DNA from: a virus
Length of the DNA: 64,000 nucleotides
Virus record (IMG/VR): IMGVR_UViG_3300033121_002167
Location: 1-64,000 of that record
Reading direction: 5' to 3' (one strand)
This document shows, piece by piece, positions 43,634-52,908 of this stretch (position 1 is the first letter of the stretch; each line of letters starts with the position of its first letter). Below the pieces are notes generated by a model, which saw nothing but the letters and a program-made list of their open reading frames with translations, had not been told where the DNA came from and ran no database searches. The position numbers and the translations under genes were made by a program.

Positions 43634-44445
43634 AATAGCTTCTTCCCTGTTAGCATTGAGATCAAGAACTTGACAGCGTTAAACAAGATCGCCAAGAAAC
43701 CTTTTGCATCTGGTGTTGGGGGAGGTGCAGGAGGCGGTTCAGGCACAATTATATCAACTGACGGTTGAGTTTTTACTTCAGGCTCTGGCTCTTCGATGAC
43801 AACTGGGATCAGAGGATGATCTGGAAGTTTGTCAGGCCAGTGAAGCGTCATAGCGGGGTACGTGTCTGGTTCTTCAAGAACTCGAGCAGCGTTGGTGAAC
43901 AAGATTACATTTGCCTCGTTGCGAGGCTTCAAGCCGGGATTTCCTGCTTCATTCATCTTGCACGTTGCCGCTGCAGTCAAGAAGTCTTTCTTCTTCACAG
44001 CGGCTTCGAAGCGTGGAAAGTTGAAGCCAGATCCCATAGCCCAAGACATGCTCATGATCCCAAGCTGAGCATCTGCGGGCCATGAATCAAACTCAGGGAA
44101 GCGCTTCTTGACGTGAGCTTCCATCTCTAGGAGCCTGCGCCTGACCAGGTCGTCGCAAGATTTCTGAGACAGCTTTAGAGCCGTGATAGCCCTGAACGAA
44201 GGAGCACCCTTCAGCGCGAGATCTGTCCTAGCTTTAACGTTGTGCCACTCTGTAGCAATTTCACCCGGCGGTGCCAGCCCGCCAGACTTCCTTTCAAATG
44301 GCAACGAAGTAGCCATAGAGATCGGATCGATCAGGTTTCCCCGAGCGATCGTCACCAGGCCTTTGACGTCTAGGTACATGTGCTCAACGACGCCTTCGAA
44401 GCGGCCCGTGAAGCTGCTGAAAGCATCTATGACTGATTGATGCAT
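43615..44445 (-). CDS. GH24 lysozyme (T4 lysozyme-like) with Pro-rich linker and C-terminal hydrophobic segment
   Basis: 'FEGVVEHMYLDVKGLVTIARGNLI' ~ T4L '[23 protein letters not shown]' (catalytic E, D, T). Confidence 0.7.
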   Translation of the reverse strand: MHQSVIDAFSSFTGRFEGVVEHMYLDVKGLVTIARGNLIDPISMATSLPFERKSGGLAPPGEIATEWHNVKARTDLALKGAPSFRAITALKLSQKSCDDLVRRRLLEMEAHVKKRFPEFDSWPADAQLGIMSMSWAMGSGFNFPRFEAAVKKKDFLTAAATCKMNEAGNPGLKPRNEANVILFTNAARVLEEPDTYPAMTLHWPDKLPDHPLIPVVIEEPEPEVKTQPSVDIIVPEPPPAPPPTPDAKGFLAILFNAVKFLISMLTGKKLLCTYQS

Positions 44446-44461
44446 GTACTCTAAGTATTGA

Positions 44462-44926
44462 TCAGCTCTTCCCAGTTTCTTTCAACTTCTTGAGCAGACC
44501 CTCTACGTCAACAAGCTGTCCAGCATGGCGCCTTGCATCTACCTCAAAAGGTGATGACCAGTAAGGATCTGATCCAGGGCAGCCTACTCTGATTGCTACG
44601 TAGCACAGTGCGTACATGATCGGCTGGAAGATTCCGAGCCGCATGACTTGATCTACGTGCTTCTGCTCGTGGATGAGAACCATCGGACGATCAACGGGTG
44701 AAACTTTAAGCACCACCACGTTGCCGATCGCTTGCCCGCCCCACTTCTTCCACAACGCCATCAACCAACTTGGTGATGTGGGTTTGACAGTCCAAACAAG
44801 AGCGTCTCCTTCGACGCCGTGCCATTTGTAAAACCCCGCAGCGGTCATCAGGGCAACGTACAACAACCCAAACAACGTCACTGGCGCGGCCCAGGCGTAA
44901 CCCAAAAACTTCAGAAACTTGGACAT
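44462..44926 (-). CDS. membrane protein with HExxH motif (possible zinc metallopeptidase-like)
   Basis: N-terminal TM helix; 'LIHEQKHVDQ'. Confidence 0.3.
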   Translation of the reverse strand: MSKFLKFLGYAWAAPVTLFGLLYVALMTAAGFYKWHGVEGDALVWTVKPTSPSWLMALWKKWGGQAIGNVVVLKVSPVDRPMVLIHEQKHVDQVMRLGIFQPIMYALCYVAIRVGCPGSDPYWSSPFEVDARRHAGQLVDVEGLLKKLKETGKS

Positions 44927-44984
44927 GTCAATCTCTCCTTGATCAGCTACATGCTGATAGGTAAGAGATGACGCCGAAGTTACG

Positions 44985-46178
44985 TCAGAATTCGCCGCGA
45001 GTTCCGTGCTTCGCGTAGTAATCAGCTTCGCGCCGAGCAGAAGACTTCTTGTGCTTCGACCAAGACTTGATCTCTTCTGGCGTTGGCTTCACTGCGTCTG
45101 CAAACATGTAGTCAGCGCGTTGAGCTCGGCCGTCAGTTGTCCGGCACGTGACGTAGCTACCACCAGTCGACGGCGTATCTTCAAACGAAGCGATCTGAAC
45201 GACAGCACCGCCTGGCAACTTCACCCAGTCACCGACGTTCCAGCCATCAAATGATGTCATTCCCTCGGTGAGAATCGTTCTGATCATCGACTTGAGCTCG
45301 CGAAGCTTGATCTTCATAGCGAGTAAGTATTCACCCCAAAGGTGATCAAACGTCGCAGTGAACTTTCCCCAAGCTTCATCTTTCAGAAGCGACTTAAAGC
45401 CGTACTTCTCGAACGTAGAGCGGACAGGTGCCCAATCTTTGGTCGGCTGCGAAGACGTCATACCGTGCGCCTCTTCGTCAGACCACGTGGTGAACTTGAT
45501 GAGCGAATAATTCTTTCGAAAGGCTTCTTTGTTAGCAGGATCGTTGAAGAACTCCTTCAACGCATCCGGGTCGTCCATCAGCGCCGTGGCAGCACCATCC
45601 GTGATAATCTTTGGGATGTTGTCAGTCGGATCGCCACGAAGAGCCTTCCATGTAACGTAATCAGCGGGAGCTTGCTCAACGTACGTCTTCTTCATCGGGT
45701 TATAGATGCTGACGCCCTCAAATTCATCTAGGAGCTGCGTGAAGTCAGAATCGTTCGATACAACTGTCCACTTCACGGCTCGAGTGCCACGCTTGATGAG
45801 GTTGTAGATCGTGTCATCGCACTCGTGGTGAGGATGACGCACGACAGAGAACGGAAAAGAACCTGCCAACAACCCGACTATCTCGTCGACCTGGCTGAAG
45901 AACTTCACCATCTCATCGTGCTCTTTGGTGCCGGCTTCTACGATGCGGTTCGCCTTGTATTGCGGCAAGATATCGTGACGAGCTTGCGGATGGCCTTCAA
46001 GCACGAAATACAAGCGACTGATATCAAGTTTTTCTACTAGTGCTCGTATGTTACGAAAAAAATTAAAAACTACAGGAGCTGGACCAGCTGTCCAGCCAGT
46101 TCTAGACCGGTGCAAAAAATTCATCCCATCTACTAGACAAATATGAGGACGCATAATTCTATTGTTACGTGCTTCCAT
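44985..46178 (-). CDS. 5'-3' exonuclease / flap endonuclease (T4 RNase H / Pol I 5'-exo family)
   Basis: 'ICLVDGMNFLHRS' (cf. Pol I 'LIDGSSLAFRAF'), 'LEGHPQARHDILPQYKANR'; N-terminal ~50 codons unusually AT-rich. Confidence 0.75.
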   Translation of the reverse strand: MEARNNRIMRPHICLVDGMNFLHRSRTGWTAGPAPVVFNFFRNIRALVEKLDISRLYFVLEGHPQARHDILPQYKANRIVEAGTKEHDEMVKFFSQVDEIVGLLAGSFPFSVVRHPHHECDDTIYNLIKRGTRAVKWTVVSNDSDFTQLLDEFEGVSIYNPMKKTYVEQAPADYVTWKALRGDPTDNIPKIITDGAATALMDDPDALKEFFNDPANKEAFRKNYSLIKFTTWSDEEAHGMTSSQPTKDWAPVRSTFEKYGFKSLLKDEAWGKFTATFDHLWGEYLLAMKIKLRELKSMIRTILTEGMTSFDGWNVGDWVKLPGGAVVQIASFEDTPSTGGSYVTCRTTDGRAQRADYMFADAVKPTPEEIKSWSKHKKSSARREADYYAKHGTRGEF

Positions 46179-46816
46179 TGCTTGTTAAGCTTAATCCGAT
46201 TTACTTGAGAACGACTAATATTGAACAGTTTCACAATGTCACAAACTCTAGTTCCAATTGACAATTGATACTTGATTCCCTTAACATCATCTTCAGTCAA
46301 TGAACAATTTGGATTTTTCACTCCAATCCGTAGTTTAGCATGCTCACTAATTTTTTTACGTGCTTGATCAGTAAGATGTGTTCCGAAATTTGGATTTCTA
46401 GCGCCACGCAAACCTTCCCAACCAAGTCTTGCACGAGAAATTGCCTGGCGATGTTCTAGTGACTTAGGTTTTCCGCGGTGTTTATCACTCATTTTCTGAC
46501 GAGTTTCTATCGAAACAACGCAACCCGTAGATCCTTCTCCTCCACGCGTCAGATTATAACCTCTATCGATGTTAAACGAATCATAATGTGATATCCAATA
46601 AATTTCACGATCATCACACTCATGATCATCACACTCTTCTAGAATTCGAAACTCGAAATTTTCATGACCATATTTTCGGATGGAACAGTAAAGAGGTCGA
46701 AGATCACCTTTCTTGGCAGAATACAAATGTCCTGCTTTTCTATTGGAAAAATTTTTCGTTTGCCCAACATATACTTTCCCGTTGATTAGATTCTGAATCA
46801 GATAAACATATCTCAT
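46133..46816 (-). CDS. GIY-YIG homing endonuclease (Seg-like) with C-terminal HTH
   Basis: 'VYLIQNLINGKVYVGQT...NRKAGH'; AT-rich. Confidence 0.75.
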   Translation of the reverse strand: MRYVYLIQNLINGKVYVGQTKNFSNRKAGHLYSAKKGDLRPLYCSIRKYGHENFEFRILEECDDHECDDREIYWISHYDSFNIDRGYNLTRGGEGSTGCVVSIETRQKMSDKHRGKPKSLEHRQAISRARLGWEGLRGARNPNFGTHLTDQARKKISEHAKLRIGVKNPNCSLTEDDVKGIKYQLSIGTRVCDIVKLFNISRSQVNRIKLNKQWKHVTIELCVLIFV

Positions 46817-47005
46817 TCAATTAAGTATATCGAACCGTGTTGGAGGGGCAAAGAATAGCGTCTCCACGAGAGACCTGATGTTCCTCATGAAGTTGAAGAC
46901 GACGGGCGCAGGACCGCCTGTCCATCCACTTCGGGCTCGATGCAGAAAATTCATGCCGTCGCACAGAACCACGTGAGGTTGTAGCATCTTCTTAGATTGT
47001 ACCAT
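46817..47005 (-). pseudogene. displaced N-terminal fragment (62 aa) of the 5'-3' exonuclease gene
   Basis: 'LCDGMNFLHRARSGWTGGPAPVVFNFMRNIRSLVE' ~ residues 13-50 of 44985..46178 protein but with GC-rich codons. Confidence 0.55.
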
Positions 47006-48014
47006 GACGTAACGTTTCGTTGCACTTCTTCAAGTACCATGCACGCGCAGCAGCTTGCAGCTGACCACGAACGTCGTGCCACTCCAACCCGCTGGCTTCA
47101 AGCTCAGCTTGTGCTTCCTTGAAGACGTCCTTGCACACCCAAGCCAAGAACGGTCCCGTGAGTCGCGGATGATATTCACCACCGAGCGTGGCGACACCTT
47201 GCTCTAGGCGAGCTTCAGACAGAACGAGAGCGACAAACTCAGCTGCAGATGCGGCAACTTCCGGATCAACTTGCGCTGGTTTTCCGTGCGTCAAGATCTT
47301 GTGAGCTTCACCCTTTGCCTTGAAAGCCAAGTTCGTGAACGTCTTCACCGTCGTTGGCAGTGGGTAGTAAACGAGACCTTCACCGACGCCCTCAACTTGG
47401 AACGTGGACTTCACCCAAGGATCGCATCTCTCAACTTCAGCAACGTCGCTGTTTATCTTGTCAACGATGGGTTGCAGATCTTCGACGCGGTGCAGCATGT
47501 TAACGTTGAACGACTTCGAGTGCCAAGGAAGCACGTACGCATCATGGACACCCGCGACCAGCGGCTCGAGCTCGTCAGGTTCAACGATCAGCTTCGACTC
47601 TTCGTTGTCAAATGCGTCTAGGACCGCAGCGGCAAAGACAGCAAAGAACTTCTTGCTGACTTGCGTCAATGCTGTTCCCTTGTTGATGCCAGGTCCGCAC
47701 CATTCACCGAAGATCACTTTGTCGACTGCCACGCCTGTGTCTAGAAACGATTGCGATTCTCTGTGAGCCCATGCTGCCAACCCAGCAAAATCGTTGCCAG
47801 GAGCGATGAACTGCTCGCGGGTCTGGACTGTGATGCCCTTTCGCCTGACTTGGATCCCTGCATTGGCACCATGAAGCTTCACCTTGGGCCTGAAGGTGAC
47901 GTTACCGTCACCCACGATGTGGGGGTAGTTCCTGATGTTCTTCCGAAGCGTGTGGAAGTTGACTATCTCTGGCCATCTGATGAACGACATCTGCTTTGAA
48001 TCCTTCCTGTGCAT
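46992..48014 (-). CDS. RNA ligase, Rnl2 family
   Basis: motif I 'KLHGANAG' (T4 Rnl2 'KIHGTNFS'); 'IFGEWCGPGINK' (T4 Rnl2 'VFGEFAGPGIQK'); 340 aa. Confidence 0.8.
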   Translation of the reverse strand: MHRKDSKQMSFIRWPEIVNFHTLRKNIRNYPHIVGDGNVTFRPKVKLHGANAGIQVRRKGITVQTREQFIAPGNDFAGLAAWAHRESQSFLDTGVAVDKVIFGEWCGPGINKGTALTQVSKKFFAVFAAAVLDAFDNEESKLIVEPDELEPLVAGVHDAYVLPWHSKSFNVNMLHRVEDLQPIVDKINSDVAEVERCDPWVKSTFQVEGVGEGLVYYPLPTTVKTFTNLAFKAKGEAHKILTHGKPAQVDPEVAASAAEFVALVLSEARLEQGVATLGGEYHPRLTGPFLAWVCKDVFKEAQAELEASGLEWHDVRGQLQAAARAWYLKKCNETLRHGTI

Positions 48015-49180
48015 GGAACGACGAGCCAGCAGTACACGCTGTCCCAGTCAATGTTAGCCCACGTTTTACTGATAAATGATACCACAGTACTAACCATTTG
48101 TTTATCTCGAATTAATTCGTGGGCTTCTCGTGATAACTCCGAGCGGTCTAAAGCGACCGACGGAGGATTCCCGTCCACACCGCACGAGAAGCTGACGATC
48201 TTGGTCTCAGTGGGATCGACCGCGACTTGCAACCAATACTTTGACACGTCGATGGCGTGGATGCCCGGCGGCGTGGGAACATTATCTCTGACCTTAAATG
48301 ACCACGTTCGAACTGCAGAACCATCAGCACGGCGCTTGAACTGCACCTTGCTAACGCAGTAGTAGCTAAGAAGATGGTACGCGATGACTCGAGCTGCATC
48401 TTCACGGAGATCTTTGTCATCAAGCGCAGAACGTTGCAACCTGAGATTATAGTTGCGGTGCTGCAAGTCCCACTTCACGTACTCTTCCACAGATTTGATC
48501 GTGGTCTTCAGGTACGCAGGAAAGTTACCTTGCGTATAGCGCAACTTTGCTTCACGCTCAGCACGCTGCAGGCGAGATTCACTCTCGGCACGCTTGATTG
48601 GAATTGCAAATGAATTGAACGTATCAAGCAGGTGCTTGATCTCACCCTGCGCAGTTGCTGTCAACCATTTCGGGTAATTGCGCTTGTCTTCCCGATCGTA
48701 CAGGTGCAAAGCGCCATCGATGGTTGCTGTGATATCCTTAAGCGTCAGCTTCTTGGGTGCCTTCGCTGCCTTCACCGCGGCTTCTTTGCCTGCGGTGAAG
48801 TTGTCTGGGAGCTCGTACTCAATGTTGTTGACGTCTTCGAGCTTTGCCCAGAAGCGAACTTTCGACTTTTCGCCGACAACTTTGAACGTGATCGAATCGT
48901 AGTTGTCAGATCCTTCCTTGGCCTTGTTCGCAGTTCGAACGTAAACTCGATCGATCTCCAACTTCGTGCCTTTCGGCAGCATCACAGACTCGTGCTTGTA
49001 ATCGAGCGGCCAGCCCTTTCCGGATTTGGAACGATTGTGCCAGTTGCTTTTCACATCCTCGTAGACTTTGGGTGCCAAGAGCTTCAGGCACGTGTCGTTC
49101 CTGTCTTCGAGGTAGAGCGAGAAGCTCCAGTCAGCAGCGAGGACGATCTGGTAACCAACTGCAGGTACGAAAAATTTCAC
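47963..49180 (-). CDS. hypothetical protein (operon with Rnl2)
   Basis: 405-aa ORF, overlaps neighbours. Confidence 0.4.
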   Translation of the reverse strand: MKFFVPAVGYQIVLAADWSFSLYLEDRNDTCLKLLAPKVYEDVKSNWHNRSKSGKGWPLDYKHESVMLPKGTKLEIDRVYVRTANKAKEGSDNYDSITFKVVGEKSKVRFWAKLEDVNNIEYELPDNFTAGKEAAVKAAKAPKKLTLKDITATIDGALHLYDREDKRNYPKWLTATAQGEIKHLLDTFNSFAIPIKRAESESRLQRAEREAKLRYTQGNFPAYLKTTIKSVEEYVKWDLQHRNYNLRLQRSALDDKDLREDAARVIAYHLLSYYCVSKVQFKRRADGSAVRTWSFKVRDNVPTPPGIHAIDVSKYWLQVAVDPTETKIVSFSCGVDGNPPSVALDRSELSREAHELIRDKQMVSTVVSFISKTWANIDWDSVYCWLVVPCTGRIQSRCRSSDGQR

Positions 49181-49950
49181 TTGGATGACTCCGTGGGCAA
49201 GTAAGGTTCTACAGAAAGAATTTCACCGTTGAGAGATCGAACTATGAAGCCGCCAGAATCAGAACGACTGTAGAAGCCAACTTTCCTGACAACAGAACCA
49301 TCTGGCTCTTTCTTGGTTGACAGCACGTTCCACATGTTTTTTTCATACATCAGATTGTTAAAGTAACGCTTGTTGTACATCAACGGGCGTGCACGGCCAG
49401 CGTACAAGTAGTTCTCAGCGTTTTGAGCGACTGCGTCCAGATGTTCCATTCTAGCACCGGGCACAGAATTGTTGACCATCGATACGATAACTTCGCGAAT
49501 GGCTCTGATGTGATCTTCAGCGGCCTTGCGCTTCTCTTTCTTCTCCTTGTAACTGGGATCAACTGCAGCGCGAGCCGATGACCGAAGAGATGCAGCGTAG
49601 TTTCCGCCTCGTAGCTGATTCTTTGCAACGAGATCCAAGTTGACAGAACCGATAGTCTGGAAGCTCACTGCAAACCGCAGGCCAACGTACTCGTGGCGCT
49701 CGCAGCTCGTGATGATGATCGTCACGTCGTTTGTGTTGAATTCATCACCGATGTCATCGATGGTGAACGTAGTTCCGGCTGGAAGCGTCACAGTTGCCTC
49801 GCCTGGCTGATTATAGAGCTTCAGCAGCTTAAGAGCAACTGTGCTCTTTGAATCTTTCTTGATCGTGGCAGACCATGACATCTGCTCGACGCTGAACGAA
49901 TCTCCGAGATCAGGGATGTAAATCTTCATAAGTCCTCTACGATGACCCAA
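49177..49950 (-). CDS. hypothetical protein (operon with Rnl2)
   Basis: 257-aa ORF, ATGA coupling. Confidence 0.4.
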   Translation of the reverse strand: MGHRRGLMKIYIPDLGDSFSVEQMSWSATIKKDSKSTVALKLLKLYNQPGEATVTLPAGTTFTIDDIGDEFNTNDVTIIITSCERHEYVGLRFAVSFQTIGSVNLDLVAKNQLRGGNYAASLRSSARAAVDPSYKEKKEKRKAAEDHIRAIREVIVSMVNNSVPGARMEHLDAVAQNAENYLYAGRARPLMYNKRYFNNLMYEKNMWNVLSTKKEPDGSVVRKVGFYSRSDSGGFIVRSLNGEILSVEPYLPTESSK

Positions 49951-50594
49951 CCGATAACGTGACTGTCATCAGGCGTGGTGACGACCTCGAGCCTGTAGTT
50001 GTCACCAAATAGATTCGAGTCGAAGAGCCTGTAGATGCACTTCTCTGCCTCAGATCGCCCCGAATACCGAGCGCACAACTCTCGATCGTGATCGCCCATG
50101 AAATCTTCCATGAAACCACCCATGACGTTGCCGTTCATCTCATAGATAAAATCTGGGTGATCTGCACCGAGGCGCCGCTTCTCAGTGCGTTGCCAGCTCT
50201 TCGGATTGCACCACAGATCCCATATCTTCTGGCGAGCCTCCTCGGCCGTCAGACCGGGCTTCAATCCAAACCTAGCAACCGATCGGTCGATGAACTCTTG
50301 AAGCGTCAGCTTGCTGAACCAGTAGTTTGGCTTCCCATGATTCTTGTGATAATGATCAACATCAACGAGGTGATCAAAGCGTCCACGAGCGCTAGGATCG
50401 TTCAACCAACCCTTCATCATCTCCTTGATGCGTTCTGTCGACAACTTCTTACCTTCCACTGCGCCATCGTTAAGAGCCACGTTACAGCCTCCTTTGCAGC
50501 CTTCAATGCCTTTGCGTGATCTTCCTCGATCGATTTCTGCAGGCGCTTTCGTTCCATAACTGCGCTTCTGTTGTTGTGACCGTAGCAGTTCCAC
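49926..50594 (-). CDS. hypothetical protein (operon with Rnl2)
   Basis: 222-aa ORF. Confidence 0.4.
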   Translation of the reverse strand: MELLRSQQQKRSYGTKAPAEIDRGRSRKGIEGCKGGCNVALNDGAVEGKKLSTERIKEMMKGWLNDPSARGRFDHLVDVDHYHKNHGKPNYWFSKLTLQEFIDRSVARFGLKPGLTAEEARQKIWDLWCNPKSWQRTEKRRLGADHPDFIYEMNGNVMGGFMEDFMGDHDRELCARYSGRSEAEKCIYRLFDSNLFGDNYRLEVVTTPDDSHVIGWVIVEDL

Positions 50595-51565
50595 ACAGCG
50601 TTGAACTGTGTCCTAAGGCTGTCGTCAAGGTAAAAATTGCGCAGTTCATCTTGGTTTCCGGTCACGTACGGCCGTGAATCGTTGGCGTTCATGAACATCG
50701 ATGCAGGAAAGTCCTTCAAAACTTCTCCAGCAGACACGAACTTCGGGCTGCTCAAGAAGATGACGGGCTTGTAGAATCGATCATCGTCTCTGTCGGGTCG
50801 ATCGTAACGCGTGTATCGATCCAGCTCCACGTAATCGTAGCGAGCCTTCCATGACATGGATTCCCACGCATCGGCAATATCGTTGTTCTTCTTGACGAAA
50901 GAAGGAACACCGCCGTTATTAGCAGCCACCTCGGGATCGTAACGATCGGGTGGCGCCGGAAGCTCGACGAAAGCATGAAGAGTTCCCTTCAGGTGCGGGA
51001 ATTTTGCACGGCCCAAGAAGACGAGCTTCGTTCCATCGCGCTTCTGGCACACCGTGCCTGGGGCCATCGTCTTCAAAGTCAAAGGATTCCAAGACGCTGC
51101 CGCAGAGGCATCGATCGAACCCTGAACCATCTCTGCGTACGAATCGCCGCCGACGAGAGTCAGGCGCAACGTTGACCCATCAACGCCCCACACGAACTGC
51201 CCGCCGAGCTTCCCGCCCCGGGCGATGCCCTCGCGCTTGATGCACTCCAGAAGCTGATCCTCACGGAGATCGTGCTGGCGATTGAACTGATCGATGACTT
51301 TGTACGCTCGACCACCTTCGCTGCGAACCTCAAGGTTCGTGATCTTCAGCACAAGACCGCTGTTAAGCTCTGTGATGGGTTCAAACACGCCTTTGTTCCG
51401 ACCGTACCAGTTTGTCTCGACCCAGCGCTTTGCGGTCGCAGGGGAAGTCTTCGACTCCGGGTTGAAGGTGAACGTCGGACGAACTTCGATATCGTTCCCA
51501 GAGAGGTCTTTCACCTTCTCTGAATTTCGACATGCGAAAGAAACCTTTTCAAGAAGCCTTGCCAT
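50417..51565 (-). CDS. hypothetical protein (first gene of Rnl2 operon)
   Basis: 382-aa ORF. Confidence 0.4.
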   Translation of the reverse strand: MARLLEKVSFACRNSEKVKDLSGNDIEVRPTFTFNPESKTSPATAKRWVETNWYGRNKGVFEPITELNSGLVLKITNLEVRSEGGRAYKVIDQFNRQHDLREDQLLECIKREGIARGGKLGGQFVWGVDGSTLRLTLVGGDSYAEMVQGSIDASAAASWNPLTLKTMAPGTVCQKRDGTKLVFLGRAKFPHLKGTLHAFVELPAPPDRYDPEVAANNGGVPSFVKKNNDIADAWESMSWKARYDYVELDRYTRYDRPDRDDDRFYKPVIFLSSPKFVSAGEVLKDFPASMFMNANDSRPYVTGNQDELRNFYLDDSLRTQFNAVWNCYGHNNRSAVMERKRLQKSIEEDHAKALKAAKEAVTWLLTMAQWKVRSCRQNASRR

Positions 51566-51833
51566 GTATCTTACTGTACCTCAAGAGCAATAAGGGTTGC
51601 ACAACCGTGTATCGTGATGGATTATTCATCCACTTTTCGTACGTTTCATTGTGAAGTCGTCACGAATTATCGTCGACTGTCGAACTTCACACGACCATCT
51701 TTGAAGAATCCTACGTAATGAACGTAGCAATTGCTACCCAATCTATACACGGCAGTGCACAAGAGGACGCCACGCCAAGATATAGAATCAGAGATCACTA
51801 GCGTTCCTGGCACAATCTTCGGTTCAACATTAC

Positions 51834-52046
51834 TCATATGAACCCGCAGAACTCGTGATCGTAATCTTCTACGTACAGCTTTGTCTTCTTTGCGATGAAA
51901 GTCTTAGTGAGCTCTGACGTTGCTACGTTCATCCATATGACGCACTTATCATGAGCATCATGATCGTACAACGCCAGCAGCATGAACGAGAACGATTGAA
52001 ACTTTGACAGCAAAATCATGCCAGGAACGATAGGCGTTTTCTTCAT
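51834..52046 (-). CDS. small paralogous protein (tandem trio)
   Basis: 'IVPGMILLSK'. Confidence 0.3.
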   Translation of the reverse strand: MKKTPIVPGMILLSKFQSFSFMLLALYDHDAHDKCVIWMNVATSELTKTFIAKKTKLYVEDYDHEFCGFI

Positions 52047-52255
52047 GGTTCAATGAGCATGTAAAGTTCACGCATCGCCGTGCGTTTCAGACTGTCGACA
52101 TGTATTCGTGCGCTGATGATCTCGCTGTTTGTTATGTTAAACCACACTACGTTATAGATGCAGTCTTCCACGACATTGTAGCTTACAAGCAACCACCACG
52201 TGGTCATATCGTTCTTGTTAAGCAACAACGTTCCCGGCGTGATCATAGATTTCAT
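52043..52255 (-). CDS. small paralogous protein (tandem trio)
   Basis: 'ITPGTLLLNK'. Confidence 0.3.
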   Translation of the reverse strand: MKSMITPGTLLLNKNDMTTWWLLVSYNVVEDCIYNVVWFNITNSEIISARIHVDSLKRTAMRELYMLIEP

Positions 52256-52463
52256 AGAGCACCTTCATGTACGCTATTGACACAAGATCGATAGGTTGCG
52301 GCAGCCCAACGAACAACTCTTGCCCCGCGCTCAACCAACAGATCGTGTACTTCTGAACGCCATCGACCACGTGAACGCGGGTTGATATGACAACCCACGT
52401 TTCAAGTAGATCATCTGTCTTGGGTATGAACAGCATCCCTGGTGTTGGAAATTCACTCTCCAT
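52218..52463 (-). CDS. small paralogous protein (tandem trio)
   Basis: 'PTPGMLFIPK'. Confidence 0.3.
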   Translation of the reverse strand: MESEFPTPGMLFIPKTDDLLETWVVISTRVHVVDGVQKYTICWLSAGQELFVGLPQPIDLVSIAYMKVLYEIYDHAGNVVA

Positions 52464-52646
52464 GAAGAGACACGACGTAATCGATCGCCCAGCGCTGAGG
52501 TTTGAACAAGAACGTTGCGTACTCTTGAGGAGTCATTCCCAGGTGCGTCATCAAGTCGTTTGGGCAACCTGCGATGAACCAATCGGCGATCTCATCATCG
52601 ATTCCTTCGAGGATGACTTTGGCTCGCGATTCCAGGCTCGTGTCGT

Positions 52647-52898
52647 TCATTTGAGAGGGCACTCCAACTTTTTGGCAGTTGCATGAAGATCATCGATCGA
52701 CATAGACGACTGAATCTCTCTGTTGAACCTCCACTGTCGATTTGCCATCAACGAGTACCTGCCAGTGTAATCAGCGCGGGTGATGAAGCAATAGTCTGTT
52801 CGACCGTCAGCTTTGATGACGAAGACGCTGCATGCGATCAACCCGGCCACGATAACAACGATGAAAAGAGTCGTAAGAGTGGCGAAAATATCATCCAT
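52647..52898 (-). CDS. small membrane protein
   Basis: N-terminal TM 'LFIVVIVAGLIACSVFVI'. Confidence 0.3.
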   Translation of the reverse strand: MDDIFATLTTLFIVVIVAGLIACSVFVIKADGRTDYCFITRADYTGRYSLMANRQWRFNREIQSSMSIDDLHATAKKLECPLK

Positions 52899-52908
52899 AG
52901 AGAAATCC

